From positions 27,021 through 91,020 of the forward strand of contig JACOXB010000010.1 in NCBI GenBank assembly GCA_016176505.1: a stretch of 64,000 nt of DNA, given 5' to 3'. Each line of letters begins with the position of its first letter. Within the stretch, counting starts at the first letter, position 1. Positions 55,420-64,000 of the stretch are shown here, piece after piece. Both the position numbers and the translations under genes were made by a program. Source of the stretch: Candidatus Colwellbacteria bacterium (GTDB taxonomy: Bacteria; Patescibacteriota; Minisyncoccia; UBA6257; Colwellbacteraceae). Below the pieces are notes generated by a model. The model was not told where the DNA came from. It made no database searches and saw only the letters and a list, made by a program, of their open reading frames with translations.

Positions 55420-57036
55420 TTGCCGCGGAACCTAACTCCGGATGATCTTAAGGGATTTGAAAAACGGATGCGGGAAATTATTAAGCAAGGGCTCGCTTTT
55501 CGCGGTAAAAAAGTGACCTCAACCGAGGCTAGAAAAACTTTCAAAGACCAGCCCTTTAAGCTCGAATTGATTAAAGATTTTGCTCGCGAGAAAAAACAGC
55601 TTTCGATTTATAAAACGGGCGATGTCTTTACTGATCTTTGCCGGGGCGGCCATGTTAAAAATACGAAAGAAATCAATCCTGATGCTTTTCGACTAACGAG
55701 CATTGCCGGCGCTTACTGGAAAGGCAGTGAAAAAAATCCTCAGCTTCAGCGGGTTTACGGCGTGGCTTTTAAAACTAAGAGGGAGCTTGAAGTATATCTT
55801 TTACAACAAGAGGAGGCTAAAAAACGGGACCATCGAAAACTCGGCAAAGAGTTAGATTTATTTACCTTTTCTGATTTAGTCGGCCCAGGCTTACCGCTTT
55901 ATACGCCTAGGGGGACAATCATAATTAACGAACTGTATCGGGAGCTTTTAAGAATCAGTAAGGATTACGGCGTCCAAGAGGTCAAGATTCCCCATATGGC
56001 TAAGATCGAGCTCTACGAGACATCTGGACACGCCGAGAAATTCAAAGATGAGCTTTTTAAGGTTAAAAGTCATTATGATATTGAGTTCGTATTAAAGCCG
56101 GTTAATTGCCCGCATCACACCCAAATTTACGCCTCAAGACCCCGGAGTTATCGGGATCTGCCGCTGCGCTTCATCGAGTCCACTGCCCAGCACCGGGATG
56201 AAAAACCGGGCGAGATCGGCGGTCTTTCAAGGACTCGTTCGTTTACGGTCGATGATGGCCATACTTTTTGCCGAGTTGATCAGATTAAAGAAGAGGCCAA
56301 AAACACCTGTCGTATAATCGAGAGATTTTATAAAGCCTTGGGCTTGTGGGGTGATCATTGGGTTTCTCTTTCGGTAAGAGATCCAAAAACGCCAGAAAAG
56401 TATATTGGTATAAAAGCAGATTGGGATAAAGCAGAAAAAATGATCCAAGAAGTTTCTAAAGAATTAAAACTTGGAGGGAAAGTAGTTAAAGGAGAGGCGG
56501 CTATTTATGGTCCTAAAATCGATTTTATGTTTAAAGACGCTCTGGGTAAAGAAATACAGTTGGCGACTGTTCAAATCGATTTTGCTATGCCTAAAAGATT
56601 CGGCCTAACCTATACCACTGCCGGAGGAAAGCAAGAAACGCCGGTGATGCTCCATCGAGCGATTCTGGGATCTTACGAAAGATTTTTAGCGATTCTCCTC
56701 GAACATTATGCCGGCGCTTTTCCGCTTTGGCTTGCGCCAGTTCAGGTGGCCATATTGCCGATCAGTCAGAAATTCACGAGTTATGCCGAGAAAGTGGCGA
56801 AAGCTTTGCGCGAGAAAAATATCCGAGTAGAAATATCTGATGCCAATGAAACCATCGGCAAGCAAATTCGTGAAGCTGAACTTCAGAAAATCCCCTATCT
56901 CCTGGTGGTCGGGGAAAAAGAAATAAAATCTAATTCGGTCGCAGTGCGAAAACGCGGTAAAGGAGATATCGGCGTGGAAAAACTTTCGAAATTCGTTGAA
57001 GAAATCAGTAAAGAAATTAACGAAAGAAAGGCCTAA
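55420..57036 (+). CDS. thrS: Threonine--tRNA ligase, catalytic core + anticodon-binding domain only (no N-terminal TGS/editing domains). An in-frame ThrRS-like sequence (GIGPAIENGFYYDF) extends upstream to 55342, immediately after the dnaE stop, so the true start is uncertain.
   Basis: RDHRKLG, the class II motifs, CPHH and the C-terminal anticodon-binding domain. Alignment by eye to E. coli ThrRS starts at about residue 245. Confidence 0.8.
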   Translation: MPRNLTPDDLKGFEKRMREIIKQGLAFRGKKVTSTEARKTFKDQPFKLELIKDFAREKKQLSIYKTGDVFTDLCRGGHVKNTKEINPDAFRLTSIAGAYWKGSEKNPQLQRVYGVAFKTKRELEVYLLQQEEAKKRDHRKLGKELDLFTFSDLVGPGLPLYTPRGTIIINELYRELLRISKDYGVQEVKIPHMAKIELYETSGHAEKFKDELFKVKSHYDIEFVLKPVNCPHHTQIYASRPRSYRDLPLRFIESTAQHRDEKPGEIGGLSRTRSFTVDDGHTFCRVDQIKEEAKNTCRIIERFYKALGLWGDHWVSLSVRDPKTPEKYIGIKADWDKAEKMIQEVSKELKLGGKVVKGEAAIYGPKIDFMFKDALGKEIQLATVQIDFAMPKRFGLTYTTAGGKQETPVMLHRAILGSYERFLAILLEHYAGAFPLWLAPVQVAILPISQKFTSYAEKVAKALREKNIRVEISDANETIGKQIREAELQKIPYLLVVGEKEIKSNSVAVRKRGKGDIGVEKLSKFVEEISKEINERKA

Positions 57037-57925
57037 AATCATTGTTATTCTGGGGCCGAATGCTTCGGGAAAGTCGGCCCTAGGGGTTGGGTTAGCCAAA
57101 AAATTTTCCGGCGAGATAATTTCAGCTGACTCCCGCCAAGTCTACCGCGGCCTTGATATCGGCACTGGAAAAATCACTAAACGCGAGATGGCCGAAATTC
57201 GCCACCACCTACTCGATGTTGCCTCGCCTAAACGGGTTTTTACTGTTGCCCAGTACCAAAAACTGGCCCAAGCCGTGCTCGAAGACATTCTTCGTCGAGG
57301 TAAGCTGCCGATCATAGTCGGCGGCACTGGACTTTATATCGACGCCCTGCTTTATAACACTCCATTTCCGGCCGTTCCGCCCAATCCGAAACTGCGTCAA
57401 AAACTTGAAAAAGAATCCAGTGAATCGCTTTTCAAAAAACTAGAAAGACTTGACCCGGACCGAGCCGCGAACATTGACCCCAAGAATAAGCGCCGCCTGG
57501 TGCGCGCTCTCGAAATAGTGCTGGCTACCGCCAAGCCCGTCCCTGCCCTTATTCGCGCGAATAAGGGTATAAACGATTTCAGGGTTTTAAAAATCGGGAT
57601 CGCCTTGCCGGAAGAAAAACTTAAAGATGGAATCGCTCGCCGGCTCGAGCAAAGAATAAAAACAGGGATGATCCGTGAAGTCAAAAAGCTGCGTGAAAGA
57701 GGTTTAACCTGGAAGCGCCTTGAGGAATTAGGGCTTGAATATCGTTATACCGCGCGACATCTCCAAGGACTTTTGAGTCGCGAAGAAATGATTCAAAAAC
57801 TCGAAATTGAAATCTGGCGTTATGCCAAACGCCAGATGATTTGGTTTAAACGCGATAAAAATATTATTTGGCTAAGCGATCTGAAAAAAGCTTTTCCAAT
57901 AATCCAGGATTTCCTCGGCCGCTAA
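56996..57925 (+). CDS. miaA: tRNA dimethylallyltransferase MiaA (start uncertain; ORF overlaps thrS 3' end)
   Basis: P-loop GPNASGKSALG, and …SADSRQVYRGLDIGTGK…. Confidence 0.85.
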   Translation: MKKSVKKLTKERPKIIVILGPNASGKSALGVGLAKKFSGEIISADSRQVYRGLDIGTGKITKREMAEIRHHLLDVASPKRVFTVAQYQKLAQAVLEDILRRGKLPIIVGGTGLYIDALLYNTPFPAVPPNPKLRQKLEKESSESLFKKLERLDPDRAANIDPKNKRRLVRALEIVLATAKPVPALIRANKGINDFRVLKIGIALPEEKLKDGIARRLEQRIKTGMIREVKKLRERGLTWKRLEELGLEYRYTARHLQGLLSREEMIQKLEIEIWRYAKRQMIWFKRDKNIIWLSDLKKAFPIIQDFLGR

Positions 57926-59297
57926 GCTTGCGCATGGCCTCGCCTACGAGAAATTTAAGAGCATTGCTTTTCCCTTTTTTATAATCGCTTACAGCCTGTT
58001 CGTTTGCCTTAATCACTTCTTTGACCGCCTCGAGCAGCGCTTCTTCATCAGCAATCGGCGTTAATGTTTTCTCTTTAATAATTTGATCTGGATCAAGACC
58101 GCTTACAAACATCTCGCCCAGAACCTTCTTGCCGATAACACTAGAGATACTTCCTCCAGAGATTAGGTTCGTCATCTCGGCGAAGTTCTCGGGGGATATT
58201 TTGAGTTCGTTGAATCCAATACCGGATTTATTCATTAAACCAGTAAGGTCGGTTGTTAGCGAGTTGACTAGGGTCTGGATGGCCTTTTCTTTCTTCGGTT
58301 CATCGATAATGGTGTCCAGCTCTGAAACGCTTTCTTCAAAGTATTCGGCGAGTTTTGGATCACTAACTAAAACCTCGATTTGACCTTGAGGCAGTTTGTA
58401 TTCTTCTAAAAATCGATTGCGTCTAGCCTCGGGTAATTCTGGAATTGATAATTTTAATTCTTCGAGGTTAATCTCTCCTTTGGCGAAATCGAGGGGCGGT
58501 AAATCAGGCTCGGGGAAGTAGCGGTAATCGTGCGATGACTCCTTACTCCTTTGCGATTTAGTCGCCCCCATAACACTCCCCCTGGTTTCCTGAATCACTT
58601 TTTCGCCCTGTTCTAATACTCCTGTTTGTCTTTTTATTTCATATTCAATCGCATTTTTAACCTCTTTGAATGAGTTGATATTCTTGACCTCAACTTTAGT
58701 GCCGAGTTCCTTGCTACCCTCGGGAGCGACAGAAACATTGGCCTCAACCCGCATTTGGCCTTTTTCCATATCAGCATCGGAGATACCAAGATAGCGAATG
58801 ATTAACTGAAGTTCTTTAGCAAAGCGGAAAGCCTCGTCGGCTGATTTAATCACCGGTTTTGTCACAAGCTCCATTAAAGGAATGCCGGCCCGGTTAAAAT
58901 CAACTAAACTTCCGTCCTCGCCGTGGAGCAACCTAGCCGTGTCTTCTTCCAGATGGATCCGCTCAAGCTCTATCCCCAAAAGTTCGCCGCCTTTCACAAG
59001 CGGATATTCGTATTGGGAAATTTGATAACCCTTGGGCAAGTCTGGATAAAAATAACTTTTCCGGTCAAAGTGCGAGTTTTTTAAAATCTCGCCGTTAAGC
59101 GCTAGGCCCAAGCGAATGACGCTCTTCACCGCCTCGACATTGATTACCGGCAGAGTCCCTGGATGAGCCAGACAAATTGGGCAAACATTCACATTAGGCC
59201 TAGTTTCGGTGGGGTTATTCAACGAACGACAGAACATCTTGGTCCGCGTTTTTAACTCCGCATGGACCTCAAGCCCTATAGTCGGTGTATACTCCAT
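57864..59297 (-). CDS. gatB: Asp/Glu-tRNA(Asn/Gln) amidotransferase subunit B
   Basis: [17 protein letters not shown]…CPICLAHPG… is the GatB N-terminal signature. A C-terminal GatB/YqeY domain is present. Confidence 0.9.
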   Translation of the reverse strand: MEYTPTIGLEVHAELKTRTKMFCRSLNNPTETRPNVNVCPICLAHPGTLPVINVEAVKSVIRLGLALNGEILKNSHFDRKSYFYPDLPKGYQISQYEYPLVKGGELLGIELERIHLEEDTARLLHGEDGSLVDFNRAGIPLMELVTKPVIKSADEAFRFAKELQLIIRYLGISDADMEKGQMRVEANVSVAPEGSKELGTKVEVKNINSFKEVKNAIEYEIKRQTGVLEQGEKVIQETRGSVMGATKSQRSKESSHDYRYFPEPDLPPLDFAKGEINLEELKLSIPELPEARRNRFLEEYKLPQGQIEVLVSDPKLAEYFEESVSELDTIIDEPKKEKAIQTLVNSLTTDLTGLMNKSGIGFNELKISPENFAEMTNLISGGSISSVIGKKVLGEMFVSGLDPDQIIKEKTLTPIADEEALLEAVKEVIKANEQAVSDYKKGKSNALKFLVGEAMRKLSGRGNPGLLEKLFSDRLAK

Positions 59298-59722
59298 TAG
59301 CCAACCACCTCGATTCCCATCGATTTAGCAGCGCCTTCAATAATTTTCACTGCTTCTTCGAGGTTTGAAGTGTTCAGATCCGGCATTTTCTTTTCGGCAA
59401 TCTTTCGCAGGTCGTCCTTAGTAACCTTTCCCACCTTATTCTTATTAGGAACGCCTGAGCCTTTTTCAAGACCGGCGGCCTGACGCAATAAATAAGAAGT
59501 TGGCGGCGTTTTCAAAATAAAACTGAAGCTCCGGTCTTCATAGACTGTAATTTCAGCCGGCACAATTTCGCCACCTCTGTCTTTCGTGGCCTCATTAAAC
59601 TGACTGCAAAAATCCTGGATACTGACACCGTGTTGACCCAGAGCCGGCCCAATCGGCGGCGCCGGCGTGGCCTGGCCGGCCGGGATTTGAAGCTTTAAAA
59701 CTGTTTTAATTGGTTTTGCCAT
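59297..59722 (-). CDS. rplK: 50S ribosomal protein L11
   Basis: [24 protein letters not shown] is the L11 signature. Confidence 0.9.
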   Translation of the reverse strand: MAKPIKTVLKLQIPAGQATPAPPIGPALGQHGVSIQDFCSQFNEATKDRGGEIVPAEITVYEDRSFSFILKTPPTSYLLRQAAGLEKGSGVPNKNKVGKVTKDDLRKIAEKKMPDLNTSNLEEAVKIIEGAAKSMGIEVVG

Positions 59723-60279
59723 TAGAGTTTCTTGATTTGCAATGAGTCGAGCTCAACCGCGGTATCTCGACCGAAAATCGGCACCATTACCCTAACCCTC
59801 CCCTTCTCCTCGTCAATCGCCGCCACCTTGCCGTCATAGTCCCGGAAAGGACCGTCGATAATCCGAACGGTCTCTCCAACCTGAACATCAACCTTAAACT
59901 TCGGTTCTTCACCGCCCATTCGAGCCATTAAAGATTCAATTTCCTCATAAGAAAGAGCGGTCGGACTCGTCGGATCAGAACCGACAAAGCCAGTCACCCG
60001 CGGCGTGTTTCGGACCACATACCAGGAATCGGGCTCAAGAATCATTTCAACCAGAACGTAACCAGGGTAAATTTTTTCTTCGGTTATAGCTCTTTTGCCA
60101 TTTTTAATCCTGATTTTTTTCTCTTTCGGCACTACCACTCGGAAAATCTTGTCATTCATCGCAAGAGAATCAACCCTTTGTTTTAAGTAGCGGGCGACTG
60201 CATCCTCGTAACCGGCGTAAGTGTGAACCGCGTACCAGCGCTTAAGTTTGGATTCTTCGGTTTCAAGCCTTGGAGCCAT
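59722..60279 (-). CDS. nusG: Transcription termination/antitermination factor NusG
   Basis: NGN domain ([11 protein letters not shown]) and a C-terminal KOW domain. Confidence 0.85.
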   Translation of the reverse strand: MAPRLETEESKLKRWYAVHTYAGYEDAVARYLKQRVDSLAMNDKIFRVVVPKEKKIRIKNGKRAITEEKIYPGYVLVEMILEPDSWYVVRNTPRVTGFVGSDPTSPTALSYEEIESLMARMGGEEPKFKVDVQVGETVRIIDGPFRDYDGKVAAIDEEKGRVRVMVPIFGRDTAVELDSLQIKKL

Positions 60280-60280
60280 C

Positions 60281-60466
60281 TTAGCTTAAAATTTTACTGA
60301 TCAAATTAAAAAAAAGATAATCGAGCGCGCCCAGAAAGGCGGCCACCACAAGTGAAAAAACAATCACAATCAGAGACATCCTAACCGTCTCACCCCGAGT
60401 GGGCCAGTTAATCCGCCCAACCTCCTTTCTTAAATCCTTAAAAAAGTTACTTAGTCGCTCGAACAT
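60281..60466 (-). CDS. secE: Protein translocase subunit SecE
   Basis: 61 aa with a single C-terminal TM helix, located upstream of nusG. Confidence 0.75.
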   Translation of the reverse strand: MFERLSNFFKDLRKEVGRINWPTRGETVRMSLIVIVFSLVVAAFLGALDYLFFNLISKILS

Positions 60467-60492
60467 CTTGCGGCATCATAGCTAATTCTCTA

Positions 60493-62409
60493 CTAAACAT
60501 CAAGGTTTTTAACAGAGGCGGCATGAAGCTGGATAAAGTGCTTCCTCGGGCCAACCTCATCCCCCATTAGAAGATCGAAAAGCCGATCAGCCTCTTTAGC
60601 GTCGTCAACTGTAACCAGCTTGAGTCTCCGATCAGCCGGATTCATAGTAGTTTCCCAAAGCTGATCCGGATTCATCTCGCCTAATCCTTTATAGCGCTGA
60701 ATATTAACCGGCTCACCAAGTTCAGCCGCGATTTTATCTTTTTCAAGATCGCTGTGGGCATATTTCCCCACCTTCCCTTTCTCGACTCGGTAAAGCGGCG
60801 GGAGGGCAATGTAGAGATGGCCATCCTCAATCACTTTAGGGAAATGACGGAAGAAAAGAGTTAAAAGCAAAGTTCTAATATGGGCGCCGTCAACATCGGC
60901 ATCAGTCATGATAATAATTTTGTGATAGCGGAGTTTGGCCACATCAAACTCATCCGCAATCGCTGTTCCAAGAGCTAAAACCAGAGCGGCTAATTCTTTA
61001 TTAGCTAGAAGTTTATCAATCCTGGCCCGTTCAGCATTTAGAATCTTTCCTCGTAAGGGCAGAATCGCCTGGATTCTTCTGTCCCGGCCCTGCTTAGCTG
61101 ATCCGCCGGCCGAAGGTCCCTCGACAATAAAAAGTTCGGCTTCTTCAGCTTTGCGAGTTTGGCAATCAGCTAATTTACCAGGCAGAGACAGGCCCTCAAG
61201 CACGCCCTTTCGAAGAACGCTTTCTTTAGCCGCCTTCGCAGCCAGACGGGCTCGGGCAGCTAAGAGACACTTATCAAGGATAGCTCGGGCATCAGCCGGC
61301 TTTTTCTCAAGAAATTCCCGAAGAGCAACGCCGATCACAGTTTCGGTAGCGCTTCTCGCCTCAGGATTACCAAGTCTTGCTTTTGTCTGACCCTCAAACT
61401 GAGGTTCTTTTAGTTTTATCGAGATAATCGCGGTTAGCCCCTCGCGCACATCATCGCCAGTCAGGTTGTCATCGTCTTTTTTAAAATAGCCATTGGCCCG
61501 GGCGTAATCATTAAGCGCCCGGGTTAAGGCTGAGCGGAAACCAGTTGAGTGCATGCCTCCGTCACTGGTATGAATATTGTTGGCAAAACTTAATTCAGCT
61601 ATTTCATTGCCCTCGTTGTAAGAAAGGGCGGCCTCAACCTCGATCCCCTGGCTTTCTCGATGAACATAAAAAATATTATCATGGACTCGCTTCTCACCAT
61701 CCTCGTTTAAATAGTCAATGAACGAAAGTAAGCCGCCATCAAATTGATATGCAGTGTAGTGAGGCGCACCCCGTCTCTCGTCTATAAGAACAATTCGCAG
61801 GCCTTTGGTTAAATAGGCCTGCTCCCGAAAGTGTTCGAGAATTTGCTTTCGGTCAAATTCGATTTTCGAGAATATCTGCTCATCAGGGATAAAAGTAATT
61901 TTAGTTCCATTCCGTTCACAGTGGCCGTTTTTCTTAACTTTGGTTTTAGCTTTTCCCCGTTCGTACTCTTGCTCATATTTGGCGCCGTCACGACAAACTT
62001 CAGCCTTAAGCCAGGCTGAGAGGGCGTTCACGACCGAGACGCCCACACCGTGAAGACCGCCGGAAACTTTGTAAGATTCGCCGCCGAATTTACCCCCGGC
62101 ATGGAGGGTGGTCATGACCGTTTCGAGAGCTGATTTCTTGGTTTGCTTATGAATATCAACCGGGATACCCCGGCCATCATCTTCCACGCTCACCCGATTA
62201 TCCTTAAACAGGCGGACCTCAATATTTTTAGCATAACCGGCCATAGCCTCATCAATCGAGTTATCAACCACTTCCCAAATCAAATGATGCAGGCCGCTCG
62301 GTCCGGTTGAACCAATATACATGCCTGGCCGTTTGCGGACCGGCTCTAGGCCCTCAAGAACATAAATATCCTTGGCTGTGTATGTGGGATTTTCCTTAGC
62401 CATCATCAA
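60493..62409 (-). CDS. gyrB: DNA gyrase subunit B (short form, no large insert)
   Basis: GHKL ATPase motifs (EVVDNSIDE, GLHGVG), a Toprim domain (…EGDSAGG…) and the C-terminal tail. Confidence 0.85.
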   Translation of the reverse strand: MMMAKENPTYTAKDIYVLEGLEPVRKRPGMYIGSTGPSGLHHLIWEVVDNSIDEAMAGYAKNIEVRLFKDNRVSVEDDGRGIPVDIHKQTKKSALETVMTTLHAGGKFGGESYKVSGGLHGVGVSVVNALSAWLKAEVCRDGAKYEQEYERGKAKTKVKKNGHCERNGTKITFIPDEQIFSKIEFDRKQILEHFREQAYLTKGLRIVLIDERRGAPHYTAYQFDGGLLSFIDYLNEDGEKRVHDNIFYVHRESQGIEVEAALSYNEGNEIAELSFANNIHTSDGGMHSTGFRSALTRALNDYARANGYFKKDDDNLTGDDVREGLTAIISIKLKEPQFEGQTKARLGNPEARSATETVIGVALREFLEKKPADARAILDKCLLAARARLAAKAAKESVLRKGVLEGLSLPGKLADCQTRKAEEAELFIVEGPSAGGSAKQGRDRRIQAILPLRGKILNAERARIDKLLANKELAALVLALGTAIADEFDVAKLRYHKIIIMTDADVDGAHIRTLLLTLFFRHFPKVIEDGHLYIALPPLYRVEKGKVGKYAHSDLEKDKIAAELGEPVNIQRYKGLGEMNPDQLWETTMNPADRRLKLVTVDDAKEADRLFDLLMGDEVGPRKHFIQLHAASVKNLDV

Positions 62410-62534
62410 GAAAGACCCCTAAAGGCGGTCTTTTTTACCTCTTAATTTTACCTAAAATCAGACCCGGACTCAAGCTAAAAAAGGGCCGGTTTAGGGCTTG
62501 AAATAAGGGGATTGGCGCCTTAAACTAAAAAACT

Positions 62535-63659
62535 ATGGACATAGTTATACCCCGCGACGAGGAGGAGGCGTTAATAGAAAAGTTGAAGCAGCGCGAAGAC
62601 ACTGAAGCCAAGCGGATGCTCCGATATCTGGCAATGCCGGACCTCTCGCGCACTCCCGGGAGCCCGCTCCAAGAAATCGTAGCTAGGGCAAAGAACGCCC
62701 GCAGTCTCCAAGGCTTCGACGTTATTAATGTACCGGAAATTGTACCAACACACATTCTTTTTGATCTTTTTAATATGCCTCCCGGTCATCCAGCCCGCAG
62801 TAAATCAGACACCTATTATGTAGATGATAACCATGTTCTGCGGACTCACGACACAGTATTCTGGTATTACTACCTCAACCACCCGGAGATTAAAAAACGC
62901 ATTCGGAATAAAGAGACCTTGGGGACCATGTGCTACGGCAAGGTTTACCGAAAAGACGAAATTGATCGGACGCACATGAACGTCTTCCATCAATTCGGCG
63001 CTTGGCTCATCGCGCCGGACGAAAAGCAGGTCCTCGCAAGCGATGACCTAAAAGAAGCTCTTTCCGACATTGCCACCCATGTTTTTGGCGCCAAGTACCG
63101 TTTTTACGAACACCAGTTTCCATACACGGATCCCAGCTACGAAATGGAAGCTGAAATTAAGGGCAAGTGGATTGAAATGGTGGGTTCCGGCATGGTACGT
63201 AAAACTGTTTTAGCTAACATGGGTTTGACTGGCTACAATGGCTGGGCTTTTGGCTTCGGTCTCGAACGATTGGCAATTGCTTCTATGGATCTACCAGATA
63301 TTCGCTTACTCTGGTCTAAGGATCCGAGGGTTCTAAAACAACTTAAGCTTGGTCACAAGTTTGAAGAGGTCAGTAAGTATCCGCCGATTATAAGAGATAT
63401 TTCTTTTGCTGTAGGCAAAGAGTTTGTGCCAAATGATTATTTCGACTTGGTACGGGAGATGGCCGGAGATCTAGTCGAGCAAGTGGAGCTTATAGATAAG
63501 TATGAGGATGAATCAAAATTCGGAAAGGATAAGATCAGCTACGCCTATAGGCTAACTTACAGAAGCCTGGAGAGAACCCTCACGAACGAAGAAGTAGATA
63601 AACTTCATAAAACACTTGAAGAAAAGACCGTATCTGTCTTCAAGGCGGTTGTGAGATAG
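62535..63659 (+). CDS. pheS: Phenylalanine--tRNA ligase alpha-type catalytic core fused to a C-terminal FDX-ACB anticodon-binding domain (mitochondrial-like single-chain architecture)
   Basis: PheS class II motifs (GHPARSKSDTYY…LRTHDT, FPYTDPSYEMEAE, GWAFGFGLERLA). The ~95-aa C-terminal extension YPPIIRDISFAV…ISYAYRLTYRSLERTLTNEEVDKLH…FKAVVR matches the ferredoxin-fold anticodon-binding domain normally found at the C-terminus of PheT and of mitochondrial PheRS. No pheT follows. Confidence 0.75.
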   Translation: MDIVIPRDEEEALIEKLKQREDTEAKRMLRYLAMPDLSRTPGSPLQEIVARAKNARSLQGFDVINVPEIVPTHILFDLFNMPPGHPARSKSDTYYVDDNHVLRTHDTVFWYYYLNHPEIKKRIRNKETLGTMCYGKVYRKDEIDRTHMNVFHQFGAWLIAPDEKQVLASDDLKEALSDIATHVFGAKYRFYEHQFPYTDPSYEMEAEIKGKWIEMVGSGMVRKTVLANMGLTGYNGWAFGFGLERLAIASMDLPDIRLLWSKDPRVLKQLKLGHKFEEVSKYPPIIRDISFAVGKEFVPNDYFDLVREMAGDLVEQVELIDKYEDESKFGKDKISYAYRLTYRSLERTLTNEEVDKLHKTLEEKTVSVFKAVVR

Positions 63660-63758
63660 TTTTTGACAACTCGAATAATCGAGCTAGAATATTGGGGGTA
63701 AACAGCGGGGAAGTGTAACAGTTGCACGTGAGCCTCATAAGCTCAAGGTAGTGGGTGC

Positions 63759-63822
63759 AATTCCCGCCCCCGCAACATGTTTGGGCGGCGGTCGGGGGAG
63801 AAAAATTCCCGCCCCCGCAACA
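63759..63822 (+). repeat. Two 19-bp direct repeats (AATTCCCGCCCCCGCAACA at 63759 and 63804), followed by two strong hairpins (63830-63857; 63866-63896), upstream of tRNA-Met
   Basis: Read directly. The first hairpin (GTCGGCGTGGCGC…GCGCCGAC) reuses the tRNA-Met acceptor sequence GTCGGCG/CGCCGAC. Confidence 0.55.
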
Positions 63823-63902
63823 AGCTACGGTCGGCGTGGCGCTTCGCTTGCGCCGACATCGTTCGGTGAAAATGAGAATAAATTCTCATTTTCACCTCTC
63901 TC

Positions 63903-63977
63903 GTCGGCGTAGCTCAGTGGTAGAGCGAGGGACTCATAAACCCTAGGTCGGAGGTTCAATCCCTCCCGCCGACACCA
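63903..63977 (+). tRNA. tRNA-Met (anticodon CAT; initiator, elongator or tRNA-Ile2 not distinguishable), CCA encoded
   Basis: Hand-folded: GTCGGCG / TA GCTC AGTGGTA GAGC G / AGGGA CTCATAA ACCCT / AGGTC / GGAGG TTCAATC CCTCC / CGCCGAC A CCA. Confidence 0.75.
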
Positions 63978-64000
63978 AAATACCGTAGGAATGAGAACAA

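Noticed and set aside
1-64000. rRNA genes or a CRISPR-cas locus elsewhere in the window
   Set aside because: No 16S/23S/5S-like conserved stretches (for example the GTGCCAGCAGCCGCGGTAA region) and no cas-like proteins were seen on either strand.

Overview
The window looks like a compact, gene-dense bacterial chromosome segment at roughly mid-40s % GC, with a housekeeping repertoire reminiscent of a small-genome lineage such as CPR/Patescibacteria. The lineage call is inferred from gene content only. All calls below come from reading translations and motifs by eye; no database searches were run, and tRNA and repeat coordinates may be off by a few bases.

Recognisable housekeeping genes:
- Chaperones and translocon: grpE-dnaK-dnaJ, secD, secF, secE.
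- Cell division cluster: mraZ-rsmH-ftsL-ftsI.
- Replication and nucleoid: dnaB, recR, gyrB, dnaE, smc, rnhB.
- Translation factors and tRNA synthetases: efp, tsf, aspS, cysS, thrS, pheS-like, gatB.
- tRNA/rRNA modification: mnmA, trmD, miaA.
- Ribosomal proteins: rplU, rplL, rplJ, rpmG, rpsB, rpsP, rpmF, rplK.
- Other: ndk, nusB, rnc, nusG.
- Eight tRNAs: Lys-TTT, Glu-CTC, Val-CAC, Thr-GGT, Thr-TGT, Tyr-GTA and Met-CAT are intact; a tRNA 3' fragment sits at about 5193-5216.

Accessory content:
- Exopolysaccharide operon at the 5' end (1-4574): a UDP-sugar dehydrogenase, a HasA/NodC-type processive GT2 synthase, a polysaccharide deacetylase and a protein with a ConA-like domain.
- At least seven short, visibly GC-richer islands (about 4790-5290, 9600-10990, 12230-12625, 20290-23500, 27950-28800, 33800-35100, 50990-52240). 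Several lie next to tRNAs or tRNA-end duplicates, and several are flanked by GCGAG-rich motifs.

Most unusual locus: the island at tRNA-Lys (about 20290-23500).
- It encodes a 308-aa protein with a Cys4 ribbon and a possible IS110 C-terminal-like domain.
- That gene is followed directly by about 48 tandem units with a strict 36-bp period. Each unit has an invariant GAGCGAGCC block, a short variable segment, a purine-rich AGAAACCCA block, and a second variable segment.
- Plus-strand intrinsic terminators punctuate the array, and a conserved ~90-bp element follows it. That element recurs once more, at 46.2 kb.

Other notable points:
- A PheS fused to a C-terminal FDX-ACB anticodon-binding domain, which is the mitochondrial-type monomeric PheRS architecture.
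- A ThrRS lacking the N-terminal editing domains.
- Three frame-disrupted genes (the UDP-sugar dehydrogenase, comEC and dnaE).
- Two perfect 32-34-bp palindromes upstream of a TrpR/YerC-like regulator.
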